From the NCBI GenBank assembly GCA_963805975.1, contig CAWDVR010000001.1, positions 96,001 through 160,000 of the forward strand: DNA of 64,000 nucleotides. The letters run 5' to 3'. Below the pieces are notes generated by a model, which saw only the letters and a list, made by a program, of their open reading frames with translations, was not told the DNA's origin and did not search any database. The stretch is from an uncultured Acidobacteriota bacterium. GTDB lineage: Bacteria; Acidobacteriota; Thermoanaerobaculia; Multivoradales; SZUA-115. Made by a program: the position numbers and the translations under genes. Shown in pieces: positions 1 to 7,651 of the stretch (the stretch's first letter is position 1; each line of letters opens with the position of its first letter).

Positions 1-1086
1 AAACCCCAGGCGGCCGGCGAAGCGGCCGCGATGCCTCCTGCCGAGCTGGTCCAGGGCGCGATCGAGGAGGAGGCCGCGATCGCCGAACGCAGCCGCGATG
101 CGCTCCTCACCTGGGCGGCGCGCGAGCTGGGGAGCGGCCCGCGAGCCCTGCTGCTCCTGGGCGGCGGCTACGATCTCGACCCTGCCGCCTTCTACCGCAA
201 GCGGGTACCGGAGCACGCGAAGGCGGCGTCGAACCCGGCCCCGGCCTCCGGCGGCGCCGAGACCCTGGCCCGCGCGCTCGCCGCCTATGGCTGGCTGACC
301 TTCCCGCTCACCTACGAGCAGGCGCTCACCGGCCCCTCGAGCACCAGCCAGCAGTTCGAGGAGTTCCGGCGGCGCGGTCTCTTCGGCACCAAGGACACGG
401 GGGGCGGCACGCTGATCGGCGGCACCGTGCCGCTGGGTGGCAAGTCCGCGGCGGACGCGGAGAGCGAGAAGCGGGAGAACCTGCTGCTCGCGGGCACGGC
501 GCCGCTCGCCGCGCTGGCCGAGGCCGGCGGCGTCGAGCCCCTGGACGAGGCCAAGGATCTCGACGCCCTGGCCAAAGATCTCGGCTCGCGCAAGCTCGTC
601 ACCTTCCAGGTCGAGCGCCAGCTCGACGGCCAGCTCCGCCGGCTGGAGGTCAAGCCGGCGCGCCGCGGCTGGGCGGTCGCCGGGCCGCGTTGGGTGCGCT
701 CGTCCACCCCCGAGCCGGTCGCCGAGGCGCGGGTGCGGCGCATCCTGGTGGGTGAGCCGGAAGTGGGGGACCTCGCGGTCTCGGCCCGCTACCAGGACTC
801 CGCGGACGGGCGCGCGGGAGGCACGCTCACCGTGCGCCTCGACCTCGCGGCCAAGGGCTCGCGCCCGCCGGAGCCGGAGCGGGCGGCGCTGCGGGTCACC
901 GTCGCCTGGGGACCGGAGGACGGGCGGCCCACGTTCCAGCACAAGATCCTCCTCGGCCAGAACCTCACCGGCCCGGCCTGGAGCTACGAGCTGCCGCTGG
1001 CGCTGCCGCCGGGCACGGACTGGATCGTGGCCGTGGTCGAGGACCTGGCGAGCGGCGCCTGGGGCGCGAGGGACGTGGCGCCCTAG
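1..1086 (+). CDS. VWA-domain (Acidobacterial VWFA-related) protein, C-terminal part, 5'-truncated by the window edge
   Basis: Frame is open from base 1. 'LAALAEAGG...LVTFQ..LDGQLRRLEVK' and the C-terminal 'VAVVEDLASG' resemble the C-terminal half of the VWA protein at 15115. Confidence 0.6.
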   Translation, partial: KPQAAGEAAAMPPAELVQGAIEEEAAIAERSRDALLTWAARELGSGPRALLLLGGGYDLDPAAFYRKRVPEHAKAASNPAPASGGAETLARALAAYGWLTFPLTYEQALTGPSSTSQQFEEFRRRGLFGTKDTGGGTLIGGTVPLGGKSAADAESEKRENLLLAGTAPLAALAEAGGVEPLDEAKDLDALAKDLGSRKLVTFQVERQLDGQLRRLEVKPARRGWAVAGPRWVRSSTPEPVAEARVRRILVGEPEVGDLAVSARYQDSADGRAGGTLTVRLDLAAKGSRPPEPERAALRVTVAWGPEDGRPTFQHKILLGQNLTGPAWSYELPLALPPGTDWIVAVVEDLASGAWGARDVAP

Positions 1087-2219
1087 TTCCCCAGCTCCTT
1101 CTCGATCGTGTGGCCGTTGGCCCTTCTGACCTGGAGAAGAGGGCGGCCCAGGGGGCGGCCCAACACCGAGTGCTGCACCTGGATGCGGACGAAGATGTCG
1201 TTGTTGGCGCAGTCCTCGGGGAAGAACGAGGGCGCGTTGTCGAGATAGATGCCGGTGTGCACCCTGTACCAGTGGTTCACCTTCATCCGCTCGGTGACAA
1301 GGGAGAAGAACCCACCCCCCACGGGCTGACCTCCGCCGCCAGCGTTCCAGGCGATGAAGTAGTCGTTCCCAACCTGCGGCCCACCCACCGGTGTGGTCCC
1401 CGTGCCGGCGTAATCCAAGCGAAAATGGATCACGATCATGTCGAAAGCGGGGTTCAACAGGCTCAGGTAGTCGATGTAGCCCTGAATCTGGTTCGTGAAC
1501 TGAGTGGTGGGCTGGAACTTCAAGGTGTAGTCCTGAGCGATCCCGCCAGTCCCCTGGTAGAAGAGCATGTCTTCCAGCAGATCGGCGTTCCAGGGCGGGC
1601 AGCACGGGTCGAAGGAGGGGCACTCGAGCTCGAACTGCACGAAGCCGTTGTCGAAGTTGAGGTTGTTGTCCATCCGCACGATGAACGAGTAAATCTGGCC
1701 CGCGACGATCGGCGCCGTGAAGCTGACCGGTGTCCAGGGATCGGTCGCGGAGTTGCCAGCCGGTAGGCCGACCTGGTTCGTCTGCCCCACGATAGCTCCG
1801 GCGAGACCAACACCTTCTCGGAGTGTCACCTGCGCGGAGCCGGAGCTGTTGGCGCGCGTCGAGAAGTAGCCTCCGAACTCCACCTCCCCGGAGCATTGGG
1901 GTGTGAAGCTCTGATAGAAGTCGTTCGACCCGTTCGCGATGTCCAGATAGTGCTGTGCGATCCCCGGGCCCGGAGCGGAGGCGTCCGACTCGGGTCCGTT
2001 GCTGCCGTAGTTGCCGCCACCGGGGCCGTCGACCTTCACCACGTTCGAGTCGTCCCCTGACCCCAGCACCCAGGGCGAGATCGAGTGGCCGATGTTGTTG
2101 CCGAAGTTCGGTGGCGGGTTGGACTCGAAGTCGCCGTTCACCAGCACGTTCTGCTGGGCAAAGGCGGCACCAGCGAGCCCGAGGGCGATCACGACCGCTA
2201 CCAGCGTGCGCTTGACCAT
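1083..2219 (-). CDS. Secreted protein with N-terminal carbohydrate-binding-like (NGxFE) domain and unknown C-terminal domain
   Basis: ATG 2219 has a GGGAG RBS. Signal peptide MVKRTLVAVVIALGLAGAAFA. 'NVLVNGDFE' start is typical of CBM/galactose-binding-like folds. Confidence 0.7.
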   Translation of the reverse strand: MVKRTLVAVVIALGLAGAAFAQQNVLVNGDFESNPPPNFGNNIGHSISPWVLGSGDDSNVVKVDGPGGGNYGSNGPESDASAPGPGIAQHYLDIANGSNDFYQSFTPQCSGEVEFGGYFSTRANSSGSAQVTLREGVGLAGAIVGQTNQVGLPAGNSATDPWTPVSFTAPIVAGQIYSFIVRMDNNLNFDNGFVQFELECPSFDPCCPPWNADLLEDMLFYQGTGGIAQDYTLKFQPTTQFTNQIQGYIDYLSLLNPAFDMIVIHFRLDYAGTGTTPVGGPQVGNDYFIAWNAGGGGQPVGGGFFSLVTERMKVNHWYRVHTGIYLDNAPSFFPEDCANNDIFVRIQVQHSVLGRPLGRPLLQVRRANGHTIEKELGN

Positions 2220-2364
2220 GGCTTTCTCCCTTCCGTCAGTGGACGGCACAAGATCGTTTCTGTGCTCTCGTCGATAGACGAACCGGCTGCGCCATTCCCC
2301 TCACTTCTGGGTTCGCGAGCCGTTGTAAGCAATGGCGAAGGTGCCGCTGCGCTACACTTTCCCG

Positions 2365-2985
2365 GTGCCCAACCCAGAGCGGGTGACCGAGCTGCTCCAG
2401 GCTTGGAGGACGGGGGACCGCCAGGCGGAAGCCGACCTCCTGCCCCTGATCTACGACGAGCTGCGCTCGCGCGCCGCCCGCTACTTGAGGCGCGAGCGAC
2501 CCGACCACACGCTGCAGCCCACGGCCCTGGTCCACGAGGCGTACATGCGCCTGGTCGACCAGCGCGCCGTCGCCTGGCAGGACCGCACCCACTTCTTCGC
2601 CATCGCCGCCAAGATGATGCGCCGCGTGCTCCTCGACCACGCGCGCAAGCACGGCAGCGAGAAGCGCGGCGGTGGCCACCGGCCGCTGGCCCTCGAGGCG
2701 GCGGTCGAGGTGGCCGAAGACCTTCCGGCCCTGGCGCCGGCCGACCTCGTGGCCCTGGACGCGGCCTTGACCGCGCTCGCGGCCTTCGACCCCGAGCGGG
2801 CGCGCATCGTGGAGCTGCGCTTCTTCGGCGGCCTGACGCTCGACGAGACCGCCGCGGTGCTCGGCTGCTCGCCCGCCACCGTGATGCGGCAGTGGCGCAC
2901 GGCGCGCGCGTGGCTCTACGCGGAGCTCGAAGGGGACGGGGAGGCGCGACCCGCGGCCTCCGCCCCGCCGCCGCTCGATCCCTGA
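2365..2985 (+). CDS. ECF RNA polymerase sigma factor, kinase-associated type (TIGR02999-like)
   Basis: Motifs VTELLQAW, LYDELR-like, HTLQPTALVHEAY, MRRVLLDHAR, region-4 ELRFFGGLT..ETA. GTG start inferred; ATG 2332 is an alternative. Confidence 0.9.
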   Translation: MPNPERVTELLQAWRTGDRQAEADLLPLIYDELRSRAARYLRRERPDHTLQPTALVHEAYMRLVDQRAVAWQDRTHFFAIAAKMMRRVLLDHARKHGSEKRGGGHRPLALEAAVEVAEDLPALAPADLVALDAALTALAAFDPERARIVELRFFGGLTLDETAAVLGCSPATVMRQWRTARAWLYAELEGDGEARPAASAPPPLDP

Positions 2986-3005
2986 TTTGGGCGAGAGCCG
3001 TTGCC

Positions 3006-4535
3006 GTGGACCCCGAGCGCTGGCGGCAGGTATACGAGCTGGTGGAGGCGGCGCTCGGGCGGGCGCCGGCGGAGCGCGGCGCCTTCGTGGCCGGGCAGAC
3101 CGCCGGCGACCCCGAGCTCGCGGCCGCAGTCCATCGCCTGCTGGCCGCGGACGAGGCGGCCGGCAACTTTCTCGAGCGGCCGGCAGCGGAGCTCGCCGGT
3201 CTCGCCGCCCCGCGTTCTCCCGTGCCCTCTGTTCCCGCGCTCCTTCCTGCCTGGATCGGGCGTTACGAGGTGTTGGAGAGGATCGGCGGCGGCGGTTTCG
3301 GCGAGGTGTTCCGGGCGCGCGACCCGGCGCTCAAGCGCGAGGTGGCGATCAAGACCTGCCGCTTCTCCACACCCGGGCTGGCGGAGCGCTTCGAGCGCGA
3401 GGCCGAGATCGCCGCGCGCCTCGACCATCCGAACATCACCGTGGTCCACGACGTGGGCGTGGACGCCGATCCACGGCTCGGCGCCGTGCCCTACCTGGTG
3501 CAGGAGCTGCTCGCCGGCGAAGACTTGAACCGGGTGATCGCGGCTCGGCGCCCGCTGCAGCTCGCGCAGCGTCTCGACGTGCTGGTGCAGGTGGCGCGCG
3601 GCCTCGCCTACGCGCACGAGCGCGGCGTGGTGCACCGCGACGTGAAGCCGGCCAACGTGCGGCTGCTGCCGGACGGCCGGGTCAAGATCATGGACTTCGG
3701 CATCGCGCGCCTGGCTGCCGGCGGCTCGCAAGGGACGCAAACCGGCGCGCTCCTGGGCACCGTGGCCTACATGGCGCCGGAGCAGATCGAGGGCCGTACC
3801 GCCGATCTGCGGAGCGACGTCTTCTCCTTCGGCGTGCTGGCTTACGAGCTCCTGACCTACCGGTGCCCCTTCGTGGCGGAGAGCGGCGCGGCGCTGATGT
3901 ACGAGGTGCTGCAGCGCGATCCCGAGCCGCTCACCGCGGTCTGGCCGCAGTGCCCGCCACGCCTGGCCGCGATCATTGCCCGCTGCCTGGCGAAGAGCCC
4001 GGCGGCGCGCTACGCCTCGGCCGCGGCGCTCGCCGCCGAGCTCGAAGCCGCCGCCGCGGCGCTCGATCCGGCGCTCGCGGGCGCGGCCTTCGAGCCCTCC
4101 GAGAGCCCCACGCTCCTCGTCCGGCGCCCACCGCGGCAGGAAGCCATGGCGCGCCGGGTGCGCTGGGCAGTGGCTGCCGCCGCAGGGCTCGGGCTCCTGG
4201 CGGTGCTGCCTTGGACGCTACGCTCGCCGAGACCGGCGCCCGAGAACGCGACGCCGGCCCTGGCACCCGGCCGGGTGTCGATCGACGCCCGGCCCTGGGG
4301 CCAGGTGGTGCGCTTGACCGACGCCCTGGGGCGTGAGCTGCCGCTACCGCCCGAGCGCTTCACGCCGCTCGCCGTCACCCTGCCGCCCGGCCGCTACGCG
4401 ATCGAGCTCGCCAACCCGCGCTCGCCCGCCACGCGCCGCTGCGAGGTGGAGGTGCCGGCGGGGACCAGCGTCGCCTGCCGCGCCGAGTTCGCGCGCGTGG
4501 ACGCGGCGGCTTTCATAGAGCAGGTGGGGTTCTGA
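3006..4535 (+). CDS. Hanks-type Ser/Thr protein kinase with TM helix and C-terminal PEGA-like extracytoplasmic domain
   Basis: GGGGFGEV, VAIK, HRDVKPAN, DFG and APE motifs. TM 'WAVAAAAGLGLLAVLPW'. GTG 3006 start gives the typical 'ERWRQV' N-terminus. Confidence 0.92.
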   Translation: MDPERWRQVYELVEAALGRAPAERGAFVAGQTAGDPELAAAVHRLLAADEAAGNFLERPAAELAGLAAPRSPVPSVPALLPAWIGRYEVLERIGGGGFGEVFRARDPALKREVAIKTCRFSTPGLAERFEREAEIAARLDHPNITVVHDVGVDADPRLGAVPYLVQELLAGEDLNRVIAARRPLQLAQRLDVLVQVARGLAYAHERGVVHRDVKPANVRLLPDGRVKIMDFGIARLAAGGSQGTQTGALLGTVAYMAPEQIEGRTADLRSDVFSFGVLAYELLTYRCPFVAESGAALMYEVLQRDPEPLTAVWPQCPPRLAAIIARCLAKSPAARYASAAALAAELEAAAAALDPALAGAAFEPSESPTLLVRRPPRQEAMARRVRWAVAAAAGLGLLAVLPWTLRSPRPAPENATPALAPGRVSIDARPWGQVVRLTDALGRELPLPPERFTPLAVTLPPGRYAIELANPRSPATRRCEVEVPAGTSVACRAEFARVDAAAFIEQVGF

Positions 4536-4539
4536 AGCC

Positions 4540-5439
4540 ATGAGGCGCCGGCTGGTCCTGGTGCTGGCGCTCCTCTCCTGCGCGCTGCCGGCAACGGCCG
4601 GCGACTACCGCCGCAGCTATCTCGACGGCGTCAAGGCGCTCGAGCGCGGGCAGTGGGCCGAGGCCGCGCGGCTGCTCGGCGCCGCCGTCGCCGAACGGCC
4701 ACAGGAGCAGGCCCGCGCGCGGCTGGTCGGTGCCATCCCCGAGCCTTACCTGCCGCACCACTACCTGGGCGTCGCCTACTTCAACCAGCAGCAGTGCGAG
4801 CAGGCACTGGCGCACTGGGAGATCTCCGAACGCCAGGGCGCCGTCCGCTCGCTCGCCGATCTCGTGGCGCAGGCGAGACGCGGCCGTGCGACCTGCGAAG
4901 CCCGGCTGGCGACGCCCACCGATGCCGAGAAAGCGCCCGAGGCCCCGGGCCCCGAGGTCGCGGGCCCCGAGGTCGCGGCGCGCGACCAGCCGGCGCGCCC
5001 GGAGCCTGCGGCAGGCGATCCGGCTCCGAGCCCTCCCGCCACGCCGCCCACCGAGACACCTGTGGGCTCGGTGCCGGAGCCTGCCGCCGCTTCGCCCGCC
5101 ACCGCCTCGCCCGCGCCGATCTCTACTTCGCGCAAGCCCCCGCTGCCGGCCGGCGTGCTCGAGGCGGCGCAGGCCTACTTCGACGGCGACTACCGGCGTG
5201 CCGTCGAGCTGCTCGAGCGTCCGGCGCCCGGCGCCGCGGAGCGGGCACGTTTCTACTCGGCGCTCTTCCGTTCCGCCGCGCGTCACGCCCTCTTCCTTCT
5301 GGGTGGCGAGACGGAGAGCGACCTCCTCGCCGCCGCGGTCGAGGACTTGCGCGAAGCCCGCCGCCTGAACTCCTCCTTCGCGCCGCACCCGGATGCCTTC
5401 TCGCCGCGCTACGTCGAGCTGTTCCGCGAGAACCCGTAG
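4540..5439 (+). CDS. Secreted TPR-like protein with Pro/Ala-rich linker
   Basis: Signal peptide. Helical repeat-like segments (YLPHHYLGVAYF; AAQAYFDGDY). Starts 4 nt after the kinase stop. Confidence 0.7.
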   Translation: MRRRLVLVLALLSCALPATAGDYRRSYLDGVKALERGQWAEAARLLGAAVAERPQEQARARLVGAIPEPYLPHHYLGVAYFNQQQCEQALAHWEISERQGAVRSLADLVAQARRGRATCEARLATPTDAEKAPEAPGPEVAGPEVAARDQPARPEPAAGDPAPSPPATPPTETPVGSVPEPAAASPATASPAPISTSRKPPLPAGVLEAAQAYFDGDYRRAVELLERPAPGAAERARFYSALFRSAARHALFLLGGETESDLLAAAVEDLREARRLNSSFAPHPDAFSPRYVELFRENP

Positions 5440-5563
5440 CGGGCCGCCCTGCTCCCACAGAGGGAACGCTCGAGGTCCGCAGATCAGCCTGGACGCGGAG
5501 ACGCGGGCCTCCGTATGTCCAATCAGCATTTCCGTTAGTCTCGACAACCTCAGGAGGTCTTCT

Positions 5564-7651
5564 ATGCGATCAGGCATCGCTCGCTTCGCCTTCACCGCGT
5601 GCGCTTCTCTGTGGCTGCCGCTCAGCGCCCAGGCAGCCCTCGTCCCGGACAGCCTCGAGGAAACGATGCTGGTCGAGTTTTCCTCGTCCGGACCGGTGGC
5701 CATTTCGACTACCGAGGGGGACGTGTTGGTCCTCGTCCTGCGCCACGCCGCTCCCTACGACTTCGTCCCCCGCATCAATGGCTTGATCACCGATGCGGAG
5801 GGCGCCCAGATCGGGTCCCTGTCGATCGTCCTCCCGTCGGTGGTCCTCAGCGGGTCCCAGCAAGGGGCGGGCAAGGCTGGAAGTTCTTTCCTGCGCTTCG
5901 GTGCGGCGGGCGGCAGCAACGGCCACTTCCTCCTGGCGTGGACGGAGACGGAGGGCTTCGGCGCCGGCAATCACGTGGTGGCGCGATTCTTCGACCGCCG
6001 CGGCGCTCCGGTGGAGGAGAGCGTCGTGCTGACCGGGCCGAGCACGACCGAGGAGCGGCTGGCGCCCGCCGTGGCTTGCAACGCGATCGCCCGCTGCGTC
6101 GTGAGCTGGATCGCACGCAACGTGGCGACCCAGGAGGTGGCGATCGAGGGCCGGGTGCTCGACTCGCTCTCCCACCCCGACCAGGAGTCGTTTCGCGTCC
6201 CGCTGCCCACTGGGAGCGCGGGTGGTCACGCGCTCGCCGTGGCCTCGGCAGGCCACTTCGCGGTGCTCGCACCAGGTCGGCGGCCGACGGTGAGCCTCTT
6301 TGCCGGCACCGGCGCGCCGCTCGCCGCGGCGCTGCCGCTGGAAGGCCCGAGCCCGTCGGCTCCGGAAGTGCCGCAGGCGGCGGCGGTGGGAGCGTTCGAC
6401 GAGGCCGGCAACCTGACGGCGGTCTTTCCCTGGCAGGCCGAGGCAGGAAGCGAGCCGTCCCTCTTCGCCCGTCGCTTCTCCCCGACCGGTCAGGCGGTGG
6501 GCGAGATCGTGCAGGTGAACGAGAGCGGGCAGCCGCGGCTGCCCTCGATCGCGTGGCACCGGAAGGCGGGCCTCTTCACCGTGGCCTGGCTCGGCGGCGC
6601 GAACCGCGTTCTGGCCCGGGCTTTGGACACCGAGGCCCTGCCGGCGAGCGCCGAGCTATTGGTGAAGGACATCACGGCCCAGGAGCTGCTCGTCCTCCAG
6701 CGTACCGATCTCGCTCCCACCGCTTCCTCCCGCATGGCGATCTACTGGGCCGACACGGTCCCGTTGTACCCGGCGCCGACCGTGGTCCACCGGCGGCTCT
6801 ATCGTCTCGGCGCCGAGTCCTGCGCCGCGGAGGCGCAGGGCCCGGGCCGGCCGCGATGCGTGCAGTTCGGCCCCGAGGGCCGCTTCCAGGTGACCGCCGC
6901 CTTTCGCGGAGACGCCGGGCGTTCCGCCCCCGCCCGCCTCGAGGCGCTGACCAGCAATGCCGCCTTCCTCTTCTTCCGCGGCGAGGAGAACCCCGAGGTG
7001 GTCACCAAGATCCTCGACGGGCGGCCGATCAACAGCAGCTTCTGGTACTTCTCCGGCGCCATGTCGAACCAGGAGTACGAGGTCACGGCCTTCGACACCG
7101 AGACCGGGCGCGTGGCCTCCTACTACAACCCGGCGGGCACCCTCCGCAGCCTGGCCGACACCTCGACCTTCGTCGACCAGCCGCTCACGGAGGCCGCGGC
7201 CGCAGAGCCCGTCACCTCGGAGCTGCTGTGGCTCGGCACCCCGGAGCGCGGCGTCCCGGACACACGGCGCTCGCTCTCCACCTCGCTGTCCACCAAGGCC
7301 GCGACGGGAACCGGCTGCCTGATCCCGACCCCGACCTCGCTGTGCCTCAACCAGGCCCGCTTCCGCGTCGAGGTGCAGTGGACGGACTTTGCCGGCAACA
7401 CCGGCCAGGCGACCGCGGTGCAGACCACGGCCGACGGCGGCTACTTCTGGTTCTTCAACCCGAACAACGTGGAGCTGGCGCTCAAGATCCTGGACGGCCA
7501 GCTCGTGAACGACAAGTTCTGGGTCTTCTACGCCGCGCTCTCCAACGTGCGCTTCGTGGTGCGGATCTACGACGAGGGCGGCAACCTGGTGAAGGTCTAC
7601 CGCAACCCGTTCGGCAACCTGGCGAGCGTGGCGGACACCCAGGCGTTCTAG
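5564..7651 (+). CDS. Secreted beta-rich protein with two C-terminal copies of a ~110-aa Cys-led domain
   Basis: AGGAGG RBS at 5552-5557. Signal peptide. Repeated 'F..AW...V.AR.F' blades. Duplicated KILDG..N..FW domain ending DTQAF. Confidence 0.8.
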   Translation: MRSGIARFAFTACASLWLPLSAQAALVPDSLEETMLVEFSSSGPVAISTTEGDVLVLVLRHAAPYDFVPRINGLITDAEGAQIGSLSIVLPSVVLSGSQQGAGKAGSSFLRFGAAGGSNGHFLLAWTETEGFGAGNHVVARFFDRRGAPVEESVVLTGPSTTEERLAPAVACNAIARCVVSWIARNVATQEVAIEGRVLDSLSHPDQESFRVPLPTGSAGGHALAVASAGHFAVLAPGRRPTVSLFAGTGAPLAAALPLEGPSPSAPEVPQAAAVGAFDEAGNLTAVFPWQAEAGSEPSLFARRFSPTGQAVGEIVQVNESGQPRLPSIAWHRKAGLFTVAWLGGANRVLARALDTEALPASAELLVKDITAQELLVLQRTDLAPTASSRMAIYWADTVPLYPAPTVVHRRLYRLGAESCAAEAQGPGRPRCVQFGPEGRFQVTAAFRGDAGRSAPARLEALTSNAAFLFFRGEENPEVVTKILDGRPINSSFWYFSGAMSNQEYEVTAFDTETGRVASYYNPAGTLRSLADTSTFVDQPLTEAAAAEPVTSELLWLGTPERGVPDTRRSLSTSLSTKAATGTGCLIPTPTSLCLNQARFRVEVQWTDFAGNTGQATAVQTTADGGYFWFFNPNNVELALKILDGQLVNDKFWVFYAALSNVRFVVRIYDEGGNLVKVYRNPFGNLASVADTQAF

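Noticed and set aside
2085-4535. 816-aa ORF suggesting a long kinase or a sigma-kinase fusion
   Set aside because: The first ~300 aa are an Arg/Pro-rich off-frame reading of the ECF gene. The kinase-like sequence starts at about 3006.
4947-4976. 15-bp tandem repeat (GPEVA x2) in the TPR-like protein
   Set aside because: Ordinary slippage in a low-complexity linker.
1083-7651. Two convergent gene pairs sharing stop codons in a CTAG (1083-1086 and 7648-7651)
   Set aside because: 4-nt convergent overlaps are a common arrangement, and nothing else suggests insertion sites.
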